From assembly GCA_002772545.1 (NCBI GenBank), contig PFDR01000023.1:654-64653 (forward strand): DNA of 64,000 nucleotides, given 5' to 3'. Under the pieces are notes generated by a model. It saw only the letters and a program-made list of their open reading frames with translations, had not been told where the DNA came from and did no database searches. The position numbers and the translations under genes are program-made. The DNA comes from Candidatus Peregrinibacteria bacterium CG10_big_fil_rev_8_21_14_0_10_49_10. Lineage in GTDB: Bacteria > Patescibacteriota > Gracilibacteria > Peribacterales > Peribacteraceae. Position 1 is the stretch's first letter, and the number at the start of each line of letters is the position of its first letter. Positions 9,313-19,052 of the stretch are shown piece after piece.

Positions 9313-10350
9313 GTGGATACAGTGCTTCTCACAGGCGGTGCAGGTTTTTTTGGAAGCATTCTCAAGCGCATGCTCCTCAGCAAAGGGTTCAGAGTCGTGT
9401 CCATAGATCTTGAGGAAGACGAAGAGGTACATGAGCACCTGCGTTCCATACGGGGAGATATCTGCGATAGACGCCTGCTACAAGATATTTTTGAATCAGA
9501 GAAGATTTCTACCGTGTTTCACTGCGCAGCTTTACTCGCACATGTAACACAGAACAGGAAGAAACTCTGGAAGGCGAATGTAGAAGGAACGCGCATCCTC
9601 GCAGAGGAAGCCTGCAGGCATCAGGTAGAGCATTTTATTTTTACGTCGAGCAACTGCCTATGGGGTACAGAGATGGGTAGACCCATAACAGAAACCGACG
9701 AGACGCATCCTGTGGAAGTCTATGGGGAATCGAAGTTAGCAGGAGAAAATATACTCCATGCGTATAAGAAACAGATGCAGGTGATCATCATCCGTTGCCC
9801 CACCATACTGGATGCAGGAAGACTGGGACTCCTTTCCATTCTCTTTGAATTTATAGATGAAGGAAAAAGAATATGGCTGGTTGGAGGCGGAGAGAACGTG
9901 TACCAGTTCATCTACAGCGAAGACCTTGCCCATGCCTGCCTTCTGGCCGCTCAGTACAACCAATCTGCAACATTCCATATCGGCTCGGACCGTGTTCGGT
10001 CCTTTCGGGAGGTGTACGCAGAAATCATACGTAGGGCGGGGACCGGTGCCCGGCTTTCGGGCATTCCGCGATGGATTGCCATTCCCCTTATGCGTCTTGC
10101 GTACGTTTGCCATCTCTCTCCGCTTGGCCCATACCAATACAATATGATTGCGGGAAATTTTCTGTTCGACACACAAAAGATAAAAAGAGAGCTGCACTGG
10201 AACCCGACCTGTACAAACGAGGAGATGCTGTGGAAGGCATATGATTACTACCACCGGCATCGCAGAGAGATTGAGCAGCGTGAACATGTTTCGGCGCACA
10301 AGCAGGCAGCAAAAATGGGCATCATCCGGCTACTCAAATGGCTTTCCTAA
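9313..10350 (+). CDS. NAD-dependent epimerase/dehydratase (extended SDR)
   Basis: TGGAGFFGS Rossmann motif and YGESK catalytic YxxxK. GTG start lies 6 nt after TGgTACACT. Confidence 0.85.
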   Translation: MDTVLLTGGAGFFGSILKRMLLSKGFRVVSIDLEEDEEVHEHLRSIRGDICDRRLLQDIFESEKISTVFHCAALLAHVTQNRKKLWKANVEGTRILAEEACRHQVEHFIFTSSNCLWGTEMGRPITETDETHPVEVYGESKLAGENILHAYKKQMQVIIIRCPTILDAGRLGLLSILFEFIDEGKRIWLVGGGENVYQFIYSEDLAHACLLAAQYNQSATFHIGSDRVRSFREVYAEIIRRAGTGARLSGIPRWIAIPLMRLAYVCHLSPLGPYQYNMIAGNFLFDTQKIKRELHWNPTCTNEEMLWKAYDYYHRHRREIEQREHVSAHKQAAKMGIIRLLKWLS

Positions 10351-11294
10351 GAGTCTGGAGAACCGATGTGTAATTTTTCTAACGCAAGTGTAAACGGGAG
10401 TGGCAGAGGTGCCTGTACGGCAATTTCCTGTATTTTTGTAGGAGAGAGGAATCGCAGTTTCCACGCATGTAAACACATACCCTCTATACCGGACGTTTTG
10501 CCAAACGCCGAACTTGCAGAAGACCCGTACAGGACATCTCCCAATACAGGATGCCCCACGGAACTCATATGCACGCGGATCTGGTGTGTACGCCCCGTAT
10601 GCAAATCACACTGCACAAGTGTAGCCTTTCCTGTGGTTTCCAGAGTGCGGTAGGTCGTTTTCGCCTCCCGACTTATGGACGTGCGGAGCACAGACATTTT
10701 CGTACGATCAGTTAAGTTGCGGCCGATGGGAGCATTGATCATGGCCGCAGGAGGATCAGGCTGCCCGGCCACAAGTGCTAGATACGTTTTGGAGACACTC
10801 CGTTGTGCAAATTGCTTCTGAAGTGCCAGATGAGATTGTGCGTTTTTTGCCACAAGCAGGCATCCTGTAGTCTCTTTGTCTAAGCGGTGCACCAGTACAC
10901 TTTCCCGGGAGAAGGGGAGATCTCTCTCGGCAAAGAGGTGCGCAATGCCATGCAGGATGGTTGCATCTTCGCTCCCCATACCCGCACCAGGATGCACGGC
11001 AATTCCTGCAGGCTTACTGAGCACCAGACACTCTTTGTCCTCGTACAGAACCGGAAGGTGAAGATCCAGAGGTGCAATCGTTGTTTCCCGTGAGAGTTCT
11101 TCGTTTTCCATTTTTTGAAACACGCTGTCTCCCTCTCTCAGTTTTTGAGCCGGCTTCGTAACCTCCTCACCGTTTACCTCTACTCCTCCGGACACAATCA
11201 TCTTTTGCAGCCGGGCACGGCTGACAGCCGGATGTTGATCGGCGAGAAAGGCGTCCAGACGCTGAGGAGCCGTAATGGTCCACTGGAAGGACAT
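10347..11294 (-). CDS. rluD: RluA/RluD-family 23S rRNA pseudouridine synthase
   Basis: N-terminal S4 domain and catalytic HRLDKETTGCLLVAK motif. Overlaps the epimerase stop by 4 nt (convergent). Confidence 0.88.
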   Translation of the reverse strand: MSFQWTITAPQRLDAFLADQHPAVSRARLQKMIVSGGVEVNGEEVTKPAQKLREGDSVFQKMENEELSRETTIAPLDLHLPVLYEDKECLVLSKPAGIAVHPGAGMGSEDATILHGIAHLFAERDLPFSRESVLVHRLDKETTGCLLVAKNAQSHLALQKQFAQRSVSKTYLALVAGQPDPPAAMINAPIGRNLTDRTKMSVLRTSISREAKTTYRTLETTGKATLVQCDLHTGRTHQIRVHMSSVGHPVLGDVLYGSSASSAFGKTSGIEGMCLHAWKLRFLSPTKIQEIAVQAPLPLPFTLALEKLHIGSPDS

Positions 11295-11482
11295 ATAGGC
11301 ATTGTAGAAGTACTGGGGGCTCTATGGCTATTTTTTAAGTCAGTTGTCAGTGGCCAGCCACCAGCATATATCTCTGGCTAGAGCAGAGAGACGCTGTCTA
11401 CTGATCACTGATCACTGACCACTGGAAAACTAGCTGCTTTTGGCACTGGAAGACTCCACCCAAACAAAGTACCCTATGCACT

Positions 11483-12631
11483 ATGAAGAACGACGAACTG
11501 CTCACACGCGGCGTCTCCAATGTGACACCCAAAGACCTTGCGGAGAAGAAGTTGAAATCCGGCAAACCCATACGGCTCTACCTCGGTATAGATCCTACAG
11601 GATCCAAACTGCATTTGGGTCACTCAGTTCCTTTGCGTAAATTGAAGGCGTTTCAGGAGGCAGGGCACGAGGTCATTTTCCTTGTAGGGAGCTTTACAGC
11701 CATGATTGGTGACCCATCGGGAAGAGATAAACAACGGGAAGCACTCACAGAGGAGCAGGTGGAGGAGAACTTTCAAACATATAAGGACCAGGCTTCAAAA
11801 ATTCTTGACTTTAGAAAAGTACAGCTTCGATACAACCATGAATGGCTTGAATCACTTACTGTTAAAGAATTAGCAGGACTCGCCACCCACTTTACCGTGC
11901 AGCAAATGCTGGAACGCGATATGTTTCAGGAGCGGATGAAGAAAGGGAACCCCATTGCCATTCTGGAGTTTCTGTACCCCCTCATGGTTGGCTACGATTC
12001 TGTTGTGCTGGACGTAGACTTAGAGGTAGGAGGGAATGATCAGTATTTCAATCTCCTGGCAGGACGTACCCTGCAAACAGCTCTGGGCAAACGCGATAAA
12101 TTTGTTTTGACCACTAAACTGATCGAAGGAACGGACGGCAGGAAAATGAGTAAAACCTACAACAACTGTATTTACTTAGATGATGAACCGCGCAATATGT
12201 TTGGCAAAGTGATGTCTGTACAAGACATCCTCATGGAAACATACTTTGAATGTTGTACCGATGTACCCATGAGCGAGGTACAGCAAATTCTCGGGGGCGA
12301 ACCCCGGGACGCCAAGGCACGGCTTGCACGGGAGATCGTAACGCTCTACCACGGAGAGAGTGCTGCATTCGAAGCCGAAAACGCATTTACGAAAGTGTTT
12401 TCCAGAGGAGAACTCCCTGACGACATGTCCGAGATCAAGGTAAAAAAAGGGAGCATGCTCTTAGATGTCCTCGTGTCGGAGGGTCTCATTGCTTCCAAAT
12501 CGGATGCACGCAGACTGGTAGAGCAGGGAGGAATAAAACTGAACAACACACCCGTTGCGTCCATAGAAGCACAGGCAGAGGAGGGAGTGGTAACGATAGG
12601 AAAGAGAAAGTTTGTACGACTAAGATTCTAA
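11483..12631 (+). CDS. tyrS: tyrosine--tRNA ligase
   Basis: HLGH (HIGH) and KMSKT (KMSKS) motifs, the FTAMIGDPSGR signature, and a C-terminal S4-like domain. Confidence 0.93.
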   Translation: MKNDELLTRGVSNVTPKDLAEKKLKSGKPIRLYLGIDPTGSKLHLGHSVPLRKLKAFQEAGHEVIFLVGSFTAMIGDPSGRDKQREALTEEQVEENFQTYKDQASKILDFRKVQLRYNHEWLESLTVKELAGLATHFTVQQMLERDMFQERMKKGNPIAILEFLYPLMVGYDSVVLDVDLEVGGNDQYFNLLAGRTLQTALGKRDKFVLTTKLIEGTDGRKMSKTYNNCIYLDDEPRNMFGKVMSVQDILMETYFECCTDVPMSEVQQILGGEPRDAKARLAREIVTLYHGESAAFEAENAFTKVFSRGELPDDMSEIKVKKGSMLLDVLVSEGLIASKSDARRLVEQGGIKLNNTPVASIEAQAEEGVVTIGKRKFVRLRF

Positions 12632-12653
12632 GTGAAAAACAGAAAGAGCTGCG

Positions 12654-14444
12654 CTAGACGCGCACAAACGGAATCGACACAATGAACAATGAACAGAGAG
12701 CGACGAGCAAGAGCAGCGCTCCACGGAAGAGCGGTCGGCGTTTCTTGGGAAGCAGACGAATACCAATGAGTAAGGAATAGACTGCAGGTACAAGCAGGAG
12801 TACGGCAAAACGAAAATCCTGTGTAGGACTAAAGGGCTCGTACTGGCGTATGGCAATGTGCCCGGCAAGCAAAACAAGTACGCTGTACCAGAGAGGAAAG
12901 GTTTTGTACCAGGCATGCCGGATGATGCGGTAGAACCCAATGAACAGCACCGGAAGCAAGAACAAGGCAAGGGCAACCAGAGCAGAAGCGAGAGGGCGTA
13001 AGACTGGTCCGAAGCTAAACTCTCCGAACAGTGAGCTTAAGAACCAATACTCCCAAAAATGATTGCGAACTTCTCCACCCCACGCGTTATTGTACGGTTC
13101 CAGAATGAGTCGGAGCGGATTGAACTCCGTGAGTGTATCAATGGAATTTTCCACGCGTAATCCGCTATGTAAGTTTCGTGTGTTCTCTATAAGAGACGTG
13201 TTGTTCTCCCATCCAAAACGGACCACGTAAAACCATGCACACATACACAAAATTGCGAGTATGCCACGTATGCCCAGTTTTAACTTTTTATCCCATGACA
13301 TCTTTTTGCGTATGAGCAGACACCCATACAAAACGGGAAGGAGGAGCAGGGCATTACTTTTTGTCAGAATGCCCAGACCTGTAGCTACTATAGCCACATA
13401 CCAATCTCTCGGTCTCTCATCTCTCCACCAACGTAGCAGGAAGCCAAATGCGACAAACGCAAAGAGTTGATACAGAACGTCGTTATTGACACGTGCGGAA
13501 AAGTACAGGAGGCTCGGTTGCACGGCCAAAACAAGAAGAAACATCAGGCGATCTTTTCGGTGTTTCCTCTTTGGGAAAAGGAGAGAGGAAATCCAACAAA
13601 TGACTCCGTATGTGCCAATAGAAAGAAGGAGCGCTTCAACCTGCAACCCACGAAGCAACGCAGCTTTCAGTGGTTCAAACAAAGAATGAATTTGCATCCA
13701 AACAGCAGAAAGTGCGTAGTAGAGCGGGGGATGGTAAAACTCCCATCCCGTACCGGAGGATGGCATGGCAAACGAATGATCCAGCAGGTACTGAATATAT
13801 TCCACATGGCCGTCTGTATCGTGCCCGCGTATGCCATACGGCGTACCAAAGAAATAGTAGAGCCGCATGAACGTTGCAAATGCAAAGATCAGCCACAGCA
13901 GGACATCAAATCGTTTCTTGCAATATCGGAGTGCAACTTTCCAGAAGTATACAAAAATGAGAAGAACAACCAGAAACCGCAGGAGGAAGAGGAGGGGATC
14001 ATTCGGTGCCACAGAAATCTGCAGCTTGGAGAGCCCGCCGTCATTTTGCAGTGCGACCAGTAACGTATTTTCTCCGGCCCGTAGGTACGGAGAAAATTTC
14101 AAATCTTTTCCGTACACATATCCGCAGAGCGGGAAAAACTCCGCGGGCAACTCCAGTCTGTTTACAGTGATACTCTGTATACAGTCATCCGGCACTATAC
14201 GGTAACGGGAGGGTCGAATGAGTCCCACACGCATGGTTGAAAGAATCTCTACTTCTACATCGTCCTCCGTATTCATGGAAAAAGGATGCGTGAAGGAAGT
14301 CCACTCCTTTTGAGGTACAAAACGGTAGCGTCCGTTTGAAAACGAAGGCTGCGCAGCATGAAATGCAGAAAGGAGGAACACAAGTGCGAACAGAAACAGC
14401 ACAGTGTCCCGTACAAACATTCGGTTGGGGAGATGCGATCGCAT
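12654..14444 (-). CDS. polytopic membrane glycosyltransferase, GT-C fold (PMT/ArnT-like)
   Basis: 596 aa. An extracytoplasmic N-terminal domain of about 140 aa is followed by more than 10 predicted TM helices. A GIRGHDTDGHVEYIQYL..YHPPLYY loop resembles the GT39/GT83 families. Confidence 0.55.
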   Translation of the reverse strand: MRSHLPNRMFVRDTVLFLFALVFLLSAFHAAQPSFSNGRYRFVPQKEWTSFTHPFSMNTEDDVEVEILSTMRVGLIRPSRYRIVPDDCIQSITVNRLELPAEFFPLCGYVYGKDLKFSPYLRAGENTLLVALQNDGGLSKLQISVAPNDPLLFLLRFLVVLLIFVYFWKVALRYCKKRFDVLLWLIFAFATFMRLYYFFGTPYGIRGHDTDGHVEYIQYLLDHSFAMPSSGTGWEFYHPPLYYALSAVWMQIHSLFEPLKAALLRGLQVEALLLSIGTYGVICWISSLLFPKRKHRKDRLMFLLVLAVQPSLLYFSARVNNDVLYQLFAFVAFGFLLRWWRDERPRDWYVAIVATGLGILTKSNALLLLPVLYGCLLIRKKMSWDKKLKLGIRGILAILCMCAWFYVVRFGWENNTSLIENTRNLHSGLRVENSIDTLTEFNPLRLILEPYNNAWGGEVRNHFWEYWFLSSLFGEFSFGPVLRPLASALVALALFLLPVLFIGFYRIIRHAWYKTFPLWYSVLVLLAGHIAIRQYEPFSPTQDFRFAVLLLVPAVYSLLIGIRLLPKKRRPLFRGALLLLVALCSLFIVSIPFVRV

Positions 14445-14545
14445 GAAAAAGGGTTACGCAGAGCATTGCGCCCTGGGAACCCTCTGTCAAGCGCTTCTGA
14501 ATGCAGGGCTTGGCCAAAGCTAGCGCTGTAACCTATTATAAAACC

Positions 14546-14881
14546 ATGGACGATTTGCGACAAAAGAAGTGTAAACCCTGTGAAGGTGGCATGCCGGCGC
14601 TCACGCCGGGTGAAGTGGAAGTACTGCGGGCACAGGTTCCTGAGTGGAACACAGACTCCACCTCCACCACTCTTGCCCGTACGTTCGATTTTGCAAATTT
14701 CCGGAAAGCAATCGATTTTATCCATCGTGTTGCAGATGTTGCGGAAGCGGAAGGACACCATCCCGATATTTTCCTGCACGGGTACAAGCACGTAACCATC
14801 TCTCTCACCACGCATGCTCTTTCCGGACTCTCGGAGAATGACTTTATAGAAGCAGCAAAAATAGAGGCGATTGCTGGCTAG
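14546..14881 (+). CDS. pterin-4-alpha-carbinolamine dehydratase
   Basis: MDDLRQKKCKPCEGG... and the EGHHPD motif. Start chosen at ATG 14546, 6 nt after TATTAT (14534-14539). Confidence 0.85.
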   Translation: MDDLRQKKCKPCEGGMPALTPGEVEVLRAQVPEWNTDSTSTTLARTFDFANFRKAIDFIHRVADVAEAEGHHPDIFLHGYKHVTISLTTHALSGLSENDFIEAAKIEAIAG

Positions 14882-15148
14882 TTTCGGAGCTTGCCTAGCT
14901 TTATTAGCTTAGTTAGCTTTATAAGCTTCAAGAGCATAAGTGCTTTGGTCATTTTCCTTAGGCCTTTTGTTCACGCAAATGGAAAAATACAAGAAACAAT
15001 CTTTAAAGTAGTAAGCTAGCCTAGCTAACCAAGCCAGGTAAGCTAATCCAGCTAATCCAGCTGACAGGAAACAAATAGGGAAATGCAGTTGACTCTGTTA
15101 AAAGAGCCTGTATCTTGCGTTTCCTGTCATATATTCCCTCTCACTACA

Positions 15149-16045
15149 ATGACGCGCAAAATACTCATTGCAACGTTCGCTCTCGTACTCATTTTTCTTC
15201 CCACACAGATGCTGGCTGCTGCTATGGAAGATGCACAGTTCGGTAACTGGATTCTTGCAGAAGCAGGGAATACAAGCAGTTTAAAACAGCAGCTCAAAGA
15301 CCTGCAGGCGAAACTTGCACAAGTCAGACAAGACATCCGTCAGCAGAATGCGGATTACAACACTCTGCGTGAAGGGCTCCACTACGAAAAGGCTACACTG
15401 GCCCGTGAGCGCACAGCACTGGATGAAACTATGCAACGCAATACGATGATTGAGCGCGACATGCTGGGACGTCTTTCTCTTGTCGGCCCGCCTAAACACC
15501 TGAAACGGTGGAGACTCCAGACAAAACTCAATAACGCACTTAAGCTCCTCAGCGCAGATAAAACCAGTCCCTACAGCGACCTTACCCGCAGAGAGAAACT
15601 TCTTGCAGCGGAAGAAGCACAACTGGAAAAGACGTACCTTGCCAAGCGGCAGAGTATGCAGACAGAGGAATCTGCTCTCAAAGAGCAAAGTACCACCGTC
15701 GAAAAGCGTATTACCTACGCACGGGCAAATGATCTGGCAGCTCCGCTTATACCTCTGCCCCCTTCCGTGCGAGACGATTTTCTGGAGTCACGCCGTCTGC
15801 AAGCTCAGCTTCTACGTGCAAGCAATGCAGCCCGTGTGATACAAGCCGTAAAAGCAGGAGAGGAGAACCACTACCTTACCAAAGTGCAACCGGAGGTACA
15901 GAACTCACTTCTTATGAAGCAGCAGGAAGAAACTCTGTTAAAGGTTCGCTTGCTGCAGAATATGATTTTAGAAAGCCTGGGTTCCAACCTGGCACCAGAA
16001 AGTCTGCAGAGAGCGGAATTGCTCAAGTTGATGAGCGGGGAGTAG
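15149..16045 (+). CDS. secreted coiled-coil protein, unknown function
   Basis: Signal/TM-like MTRKILIATFALVLIFLPTQMLAAA followed by a long Q/E/L/K-rich heptad-like sequence. Confidence 0.5.
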   Translation: MTRKILIATFALVLIFLPTQMLAAAMEDAQFGNWILAEAGNTSSLKQQLKDLQAKLAQVRQDIRQQNADYNTLREGLHYEKATLARERTALDETMQRNTMIERDMLGRLSLVGPPKHLKRWRLQTKLNNALKLLSADKTSPYSDLTRREKLLAAEEAQLEKTYLAKRQSMQTEESALKEQSTTVEKRITYARANDLAAPLIPLPPSVRDDFLESRRLQAQLLRASNAARVIQAVKAGEENHYLTKVQPEVQNSLLMKQQEETLLKVRLLQNMILESLGSNLAPESLQRAELLKLMSGE

Positions 16046-16056
16046 AGCTCTCTGTT

Positions 16057-16809
16057 CTACTTCTGTGAGAGAAGAATTTTCTTGGCCTCTATCTTCAGAC
16101 GGCTAAAGACAATCTTAGATGCCTCGGCGCGGCTTACGGGATCATACGGACGGAACTTCCCGGTAGGCAGACCATCTTTTCCTCTATCCCCGGAAATAAT
16201 CTTGAGTGCTGCAGCACTTGCAACGTAGCGCTCAAGGGGGTGCCCCTGGGTATCTGTAAAGTCAGAAGCGATGGGAGGAAGAGGATCCTGAAAAGCATCA
16301 CTCACTATCGATACAGCTTCTGCACGTGTTACCGGTACGTTCAGGTCTACGTTGGATCGATCCAGAACAGTCACAAAGTACTCTTCCGCACAACCTACAT
16401 ACGCTTTTGCCCAGTGTTCCTGCGCCTGAGAGAGCCTTGGATTCTTGCAGAGTTCTTCATCCACACCAGCGGCTTCAAACGAAATTTTAAGCATCTCTGC
16501 TAGGGTTACAGAGCGCGAAGGCTCAAATTTTCCCGTCAGCTTTCCCGTACCGTTCTTCGTTCCGGAAACCAGTCCCCAGGAAGCAAGGGAAGTCACATAG
16601 GGATGGAACCACTCCGTATCCTCCACATCCGTAAACGGGGAAGAAATTTTTCCGAGTGTTTCAAGTAAATCTGAAAAATCACCACTGTGATTTGCCTGCC
16701 AGGAAATAAGTTCGGATTCCAATCCCTGGAGTTCTGTAAAGAAACCGAGTGCTGCAACAGGGGAGAAGAGCAGCACTACGAGTGCCGATGCTCGCAGTTT
16801 TTGTTTCAT
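16057..16809 (-). CDS. SLH-domain cell-surface protein
   Basis: Signal peptide plus three SLH-like repeats: FTDVEDTEWFHPYV..., HWAKAYV...VTRAEAVSIV, and FTDTQGHPLERYV...VSRAEASKIV. Confidence 0.7.
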   Translation of the reverse strand: MKQKLRASALVVLLFSPVAALGFFTELQGLESELISWQANHSGDFSDLLETLGKISSPFTDVEDTEWFHPYVTSLASWGLVSGTKNGTGKLTGKFEPSRSVTLAEMLKISFEAAGVDEELCKNPRLSQAQEHWAKAYVGCAEEYFVTVLDRSNVDLNVPVTRAEAVSIVSDAFQDPLPPIASDFTDTQGHPLERYVASAAALKIISGDRGKDGLPTGKFRPYDPVSRAEASKIVFSRLKIEAKKILLSQK

Positions 16810-16837
16810 AAATCAAAGAAGTATAGCACGTTTTACA

Positions 16838-18841
16838 TCAGGATTCAACACTCACATTCGCCAATGGTATCCAGTACGTAAATGTTGTGCCCACTCCCAC
16901 CTGAGACTGAACCGTAATGTCACCACCCTGAAGGGTCATGAAGTTTTTTGCAATATACAGGCCCAGACCGGCACTCACCTCACCATCTCCTGCGGAACGG
17001 GTAAGAAGCTGGTCCTGCGTAAAGAGCTTTCGCAGAGTAGCTTCGTCCATGCCTTCGCCGGTATCGGACACATGAATACATACTTGATTACTCTTCACTT
17101 CAATGCGAACAGTAATCGCACCGTTCTCTGTATGTTTCAGGCCATTACTCACGCTGTTGCCTACTGCTTCTGTTATTTTCTCAGTATCTGCCAAAATACG
17201 GAGAGTGGGGTCTATGTCTTCAATAATCAGCTTAAGACCCTTCTGTGTAATGGGTTGGCGATAATTTTTCACACTCATTTCCACCACATCCTTCAGGAAG
17301 ACGGGTTTTATTTTCACTTCAATCACTCCACGCTGAATGCGGGATACATTGAGCAAATCTGAAATGAGCACATGATTCTGCGCATTCACATCATAAATCT
17401 CCTGAACCAGTGAACGTGATTCCTCTGAAAATTTTTCTTCTATAGCAGCTTCCAAAAGCAATTCCGAATGCCATCGAATGGCTGCAACAGGTGCCTTCAG
17501 CTGATGGGAAACAAACGAAATGACATTGTCTTTCAGGGTTTCTATGCGTTTGCGCTCGGATATATCCTGGGCAATCACGGAACCGCCTATCATACGCTTT
17601 TCTGCATTACGAACAGCGGATATGGTCAGAGACACTGGCAGCATATCCCCATTTTTTTTCACCCATACGGACTCCAAATGCTCTACAGCTTCCCCACGCG
17701 CTACACGCCCAAGCAGATCCACCAGAGTGAGTTTCTCTTTGGGAGAGAAGAGTACAAACGGCTTTGAGAGAACGTCTTGCACGCTGTAACCCAGCAAACG
17801 TGTGGCAGCAGCGTTCCAGGTACGTACTCTTGCATCTGCTGTAAGCCCGATGATGGCATCATTCGACTGCTCCACAATGGAAGCTAGTTTCCTCAGTTCA
17901 CGATTAAGACGCTCATTTCTGGCACGGGTGCGTGCAAGAGAAACAATGATACTTAAAGTAAGAAGAGTGAGGAAACTACCTGCAAGAGCAATCCGTACTC
18001 TTACGCGCCATAAAGGCGCATAGGCCTCATCCACAGGCTGGTTGGCAACAATGACCCAGAGCTTGCCGCCAACATTCACGGGAAGGAACGTAGCCAGCAT
18101 ACTCTTCCCGAGGAGGGGATCTGTGTACTCAGTCGTACGCATGGTACCTGCTAAAGCCTCCCGGATACTTTCGACATGGTTGTACCCCGCATAGAGAAGA
18201 TGCGATTGGTCGTTTTCGGGATGAGCAACCAATGTACCGGAGCTATCCAGAACATACAGGTAACCGGATTCGGCAAGTCGGATGTTCCGGAGTTGCTCAC
18301 TGAGCGCACTGAGGCTGTATTCCAAAACAAGTACGCCAATCATATGCTCATCGGCAAACACGGGAGATGCAATAGCCGTCACGACAGCAGGAGGATCTTC
18401 CGTACGCACGTATACGTTTGAGATGACGGAACGGCCCTCCTTTAGAACATCTTTGAACCACTGCGCAGTGAAAAAATTCTCCCCCACGGTATCCACGGCA
18501 GGCGGGTAGTCACTCCATAGAACACCGCCGCTTGTGGTCATAAACGCCCGGTTTACAGCAGGAGAAGAGAGCACCAGCGGCTTGAGGCGCACACGCATGG
18601 CCTTGGCATCCAGATTGCTGGCTGCGTCTACGGTACCGGGTAAGGAAGAGAATGCGGTGGTTACCGTAAAAACCTGGAATAAGTCCTGGTTCATCTGCTG
18701 AGAAAAGTTGGAAACAGCAGAGAGGTTGGAAGACTGCACAAGATTCTGTACGGAATCCGCTGCAATCCGATAGGAGTAGACGCTCAAAAGTACAATGGGC
18801 AGCAGTGCTACCAGAAACGGCAGTGACCAGAAAAATGCCAT
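16838..18841 (-). CDS. sensor histidine kinase (Cache-like periplasmic domain, PAS, HisKA, HATPase_c)
   Basis: Two TM segments flank a roughly 270-aa extracytoplasmic domain, followed by a PAS region. H-box FVSHQLKAPV, N-box NGLKHT, G-boxes DTGEGM and GLGLYIAK. Start set at the MAFFWSLPFL Met. Confidence 0.85.
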   Translation of the reverse strand: MAFFWSLPFLVALLPIVLLSVYSYRIAADSVQNLVQSSNLSAVSNFSQQMNQDLFQVFTVTTAFSSLPGTVDAASNLDAKAMRVRLKPLVLSSPAVNRAFMTTSGGVLWSDYPPAVDTVGENFFTAQWFKDVLKEGRSVISNVYVRTEDPPAVVTAIASPVFADEHMIGVLVLEYSLSALSEQLRNIRLAESGYLYVLDSSGTLVAHPENDQSHLLYAGYNHVESIREALAGTMRTTEYTDPLLGKSMLATFLPVNVGGKLWVIVANQPVDEAYAPLWRVRVRIALAGSFLTLLTLSIIVSLARTRARNERLNRELRKLASIVEQSNDAIIGLTADARVRTWNAAATRLLGYSVQDVLSKPFVLFSPKEKLTLVDLLGRVARGEAVEHLESVWVKKNGDMLPVSLTISAVRNAEKRMIGGSVIAQDISERKRIETLKDNVISFVSHQLKAPVAAIRWHSELLLEAAIEEKFSEESRSLVQEIYDVNAQNHVLISDLLNVSRIQRGVIEVKIKPVFLKDVVEMSVKNYRQPITQKGLKLIIEDIDPTLRILADTEKITEAVGNSVSNGLKHTENGAITVRIEVKSNQVCIHVSDTGEGMDEATLRKLFTQDQLLTRSAGDGEVSAGLGLYIAKNFMTLQGGDITVQSQVGVGTTFTYWIPLANVSVES

Positions 18842-19052
18842 GCGTGAAAAGCCACCTGCCCGCTTTGCAGAGAGAAAGGTTTGTACCTTCTGAGGAAAAT
18901 GGGAAGAATGCACACAAACAGTATGCCCGTAACTGTGGGTCTTGCACAAAAACAGATCCGGTACAAAAAGAAGTAAAACAACATTTTTTCATACATACAA
19001 GTATTCACCAACTCCGGAAAACGCTATACTGTGATGAAATATACAAAAAAAC

